A stretch of DNA of 63,971 nt, the filler included, from Octopus bimaculoides (lineage: Eukaryota), in assembly GCF_001194135.2 (NCBI RefSeq). It is 3 parts of 3 records of this genome, joined end to end, with 100 filler letters (N's around TTAATTAATTAA, not from the genome) between each part and the next. Parts side by side here need not be neighbours in the genome. Positions count along the whole stretch, not along the records: positions 59,046 to 63,971 come from NC_068987.1; 2 more parts are not named here. The stretch is one strand, 5' to 3'. The notes under the pieces are model-generated. The model had not been told where the DNA came from. It ran no database searches and saw only the letters and a program-made list of their open reading frames with translations. Positions 60,380 through 63,971 of this stretch are shown piece by piece; position 1 is the first letter of the stretch, and every line of letters starts with the position of its first letter. The position numbers and the translations under genes were made by a program.

Positions 60380-61140
60380 GAAGTCTAGCTCCCACCTCAA
60401 CCAATTATTCTACCACATTGGGATCACGTGATTGCGTACTGGGACGCGTTTTCTGTGGTAGTGGTAAGTTCTCGTCGAAAATTTTCACCGATGTCTTCTA
60501 TCGTTGGAAACCGACAACTCTCCTTGGGGAGATTTCAAATTTGAGCTGAAGGAAAATTGTGAGCGGAGGCTAAATTTGGAGAAAAGAGGGTGCCGGAGAA
60601 CGTGAGCCGTCAGTGTGATTTGCCAAAAAAAAACAACAACAAAAAAACAAGTAGGGTAATGTGTGTCACGTGAGTAGGTAGGGTCTCAAGGTGTAACTCT
60701 CAGATATTTTTTGTCCGTTTTCCAAGTTTCTTACATCGCGCTGCTTCTAAATGTTCCCAGAAGAAAAGAATATCTTTAATCGATTGTCTGAACACGCGGA
60801 ACAATCTCGTGTTGAACGATGCTCTTTCAGCCTAGAAGTACCCGTAACATCACTTTCACATTTAAGTGGCACGTCGATGATTTTTTGGTCGGGTAATGAT
60901 GATCCAACCCAATGCAACGACGACTGCGTTTTTATTTTCAGTATCGTAGTCTACACTTACTATTTCGCCCCTTGTTATAATATCTTTTAGAAAGTTCTCA
61001 TCAACATTTGAACTATCAAACAGCTCCTGACAAACGGCCACTCAATAGTCTTTCTGTTTTTCTGCTAATCAGATGCGGCACAAAATTTAAGTCAAAGCGT
61101 AAAATCACGTGACACGAACTGTTATTCCCTTTCCAGATTC
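60380..61140. promoter_or_regulatory. CpG-enriched unique region with three TCACGTGA E-boxes; possible promoter
   Basis: TCACGTGA at 60424-60431, 60666-60673 and 61105-61112 in non-repetitive sequence with visibly more CpG than its flanks. Confidence 0.3.
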
Positions 61141-61402
61141 CTATTTCTTCAGAAACTTCCCAAACTGACAAGCGAAGATTTTCACGGGATACAGCATGTG
61201 TAGTGAAAAATTAAGACCATCTCATTCACATTATTGCCACCCTTTTGATACAAACCGAACGAAAGAAGTGTGCTGTTTGTTTATATATAACATGCAGTTA
61301 TATAATCAAATATTTTGTAACATACAAAATGAAAGTGAAGCTAAACAAGCCAATATATGTAGATATTTAATAGCAATCTAATCTTCACATTACTTATGTT
61401 CA

Positions 61403-61618
61403 AGGCGGCGAGCTGGCAGAATTGGTACCACACCAGGCAAAATGCTTAGCAGCATTTCGTCCGTCTTTAAGTTCTGGGTTCAAATACCACCGAGATCGAT
61501 TTTTCCTTTCATCATTTTTAGTCGATAAAATAAAGTACCAGTTGAACACTAGGGTCGATCTAATTGACAAAGCCTCTTCCCCGAAATTGCTGGCCTTGTG
61601 ACAAAATTTGAAATCAAT
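61403..61618 (+). mobile_element. SINE family A copy
   Basis: aaggcggcgagctggcagaa head through ggccttgtgacaaaatttgaaa tail. Confidence 0.85.
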
Positions 61619-61921
61619 ATTACTAACGTTCAAACGAAAAATATAAAAGTTTATTTATCATTGTTAAAGCAATGGTATATTAATTCTTAGTAAAACGCCA
61701 GCAAAGCATGCAACAATTGAAAATGTAAAATTTAAAGCAGACAGTTATTAGATGAAATATTGTAAAGCTGTTGTTAACATACCGCGCGCTTAATACTAAA
61801 ATACAATGATGAATACATGAGGAATATCAACTGGAATATACACAATGAAATATAAGATGTAATAAAGAGCACGAATTCTACAATCGAACAGGTTTCAACA
61901 CAAAACAATCTCAGTATATAT

Positions 61922-61973
<52 letters not shown>

Positions 61974-62802
61974 NNNNNNNNNNNNNNNNNNNNNNNNNNN
62001 NNNNNNNNNNNNNNNNNNNNNNNNNNNNNNNNNNNNNNNNNNNNNNNNNNNNNNNNNNNNNNNNNNNNNNNNNNNNNNNNNNNNNNNNNNNNNNNNNNNN
62101 NNNNNNNNNNNNNNNNNNNNNNNNNNNNNNNNNNNNNNNNNNNNNNNNNNNNNNNNNNNNNNNNNNNNNNNNNNNNNNNNNNNNNNNNNNNNNNNNNNNN
62201 NNNNNNNNNNNNNNNNNNNNNNNNNNNNNNNNNNNNNNNNNNNNNNNNNNNNNNNNNNNNNNNNNNNNNNNNNNNNNNNNNNNNNNNNNNNNNNNNNNNN
62301 NNNNNNNNNNNNNNNNNNNNNNNNNNNNNNNNNNNNNNNNNNNNNNNNNNNNNNNNNNNNNNNNNNNNNNNNNNNNNNNNNNNNNNNNNNNNNNNNNNNN
62401 NNNNNNNNNNNNNNNNNNNNNNNNNNNNNNNNNNNNNNNNNNNNNNNNNNNNNNNNNNNNNNNNNNNNNNNNNNNNNNNNNNNNNNNNNNNNNNNNNNNN
62501 NNNNNNNNNNNNNNNNNNNNNNNNNNNNNNNNNNNNNNNNNNNNNNNNNNNNNNNNNNNNNNNNNNNNNNNNNNNNNNNNNNNNNNNNNNNNNNNNNNNN
62601 NNNNNNNNNNNNNNNNNNNNNNNNNNNNNNNNNNNNNNNNNNNNNNNNNNNNNNNNNNNNNNNNNNNNNNNNNNNNNNNNNNNNNNNNNNNNNNNNNNNN
62701 NNNNNNNNNNNNNNNNNNNNNNNNNNNNNNNNNNNNNNNNNNNNNNNNNNNNNNNNNNNNNNNNNNNNNNNNNNNNNNNNNNNNNNNNNNNNNNNNNNNN
62801 NN

Positions 62803-62843
<41 letters not shown>

Positions 62844-63144
62844 CATATACACAAATATATATATATATATATGTATACATGTATGTATGTATATATATAT
62901 ATACATCCATACATATATACCTATATGCACTTTTACATATATTTGCTCAACTATGTTTGTACAAGTAATAGGAGAATGTGTGTATAATGGTTTCTTCGCA
63001 TTACATTTAAGTGTACAAACACAAAAATACGAAGTGTGCATGTTCTTACCTCAAAGCGTATATTTCAATATACATACGCATATGTGCATGTACGCAGTTA
63101 TGTGTATGCCTTTTGTTTCTCTACGTATCTGTGTGAGTGTGTGT

Positions 63145-63181
<37 letters not shown>

Positions 63182-63599
63182 CTCTCTTGTTCTTGGTATA
63201 AGTGACACCAGGTCGGTGAGATAATGGCAAGTATTCTAACGGTTATGAATGTTTGCTGGCAATTGTGCTTATCCTCTTCAAGTGAAAGCTGACCGATTAA
63301 ATAACAATACATACGCCTTGTGCGTGTGTATATTCATATATACATAGATGTATGCATACATAATGATATACGTGTATACGTGTATTAAATTACATATACA
63401 TTGAATCGCACAAACGCACGCATATGGACAATCGTACGTTCTTAAACACCCAAAACACTCATATTCATTATATGTACTTCTTTACGTGAGTGTGTATGAA
63501 TGTATGTGTGGGTGTGTGGGTGTGTGTGTGTGTGAATGAGTGTGTGTGTGTGTGTGTGTGAGTGGGTGTGCATGCATGAATATATGTATACGTACACAG

Positions 63600-63646
<47 letters not shown>

Positions 63647-63918
63647 TAGATATGTTACTACATATATAATATACATTTACAAATACACATATGCTTGTAT
63701 GTATGCATGGATATATATATATGTGTGTGTGTGTGTGTGTATATATGTGTGTGTGTGTAAATATATATGCATATGTATATATATATATATGTATATATGT
63801 GTGTGTGTGTGTGTGTAAATATATATATATAGACATATATATATATATGCATATATATATATATGTATATATAATACATATATATATAATACGATATATA
63901 TGTATATATATATATATA

Positions 63919-63971
<53 letters not shown>
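62803..63971. repeat. Compound (TA)/(TG)/(CA) microsatellite-rich terminal region
   Basis: Directly visible. Confidence 0.9.

Noticed and set aside
60751-60990. 79-aa ORF in the CpG-enriched region
   Set aside because: Short, no recognisable family and no clear splice partners; treated only as possible promoter or UTR sequence.

Overview
AT-rich, microsatellite- and transposon-dense animal genomic DNA with many N gaps. The SINE, mariner and microsatellite repertoire looks cephalopod (Octopus-like); this is an inference from recalled repeat families, not a database result. The only host gene I can support is the 3' end of RECK: four coding exons at 679-3478 on the + strand, with a Kazal domain and a GPI-type C-terminus. 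The rest is layered mobile DNA: tRNA-derived SINEs, RTE and L1/Tx1-like LINE fragments, several mariner/Tc1 fossils, a hAT transposase fragment, Merlin-like and hAT-like MITEs with target-site duplications (TSDs), Helentron-type HINEs and solo-LTR-like elements. The most striking feature is a degraded endogenous parvovirus (densovirus-like) NS1 SF3-helicase sequence at about 29382-30031. It is fused directly to a 3'-truncated mariner, has a possible NS1 nuclease remnant about 1.1 kb upstream, and has an L1/Tx1-like ORF1 immediately downstream. Other oddities are tandem tRNA-Trp primer-binding-site (PBS) echoes at two LTR-like ends, hammerhead-like motifs, an orphan coding fragment at 37.5 kb, and a triple 14-mer in the presumed RECK 3' UTR. 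Two artificial N44-TTAATTAATTAA-N44 spacers (31913-32012 and 58946-59045) indicate that the window is three joined pieces. Most ORFs in the supplied track are microsatellite or N-gap artefacts. All translations and alignments were done by eye, and repeat boundaries are approximate unless a TSD is quoted.
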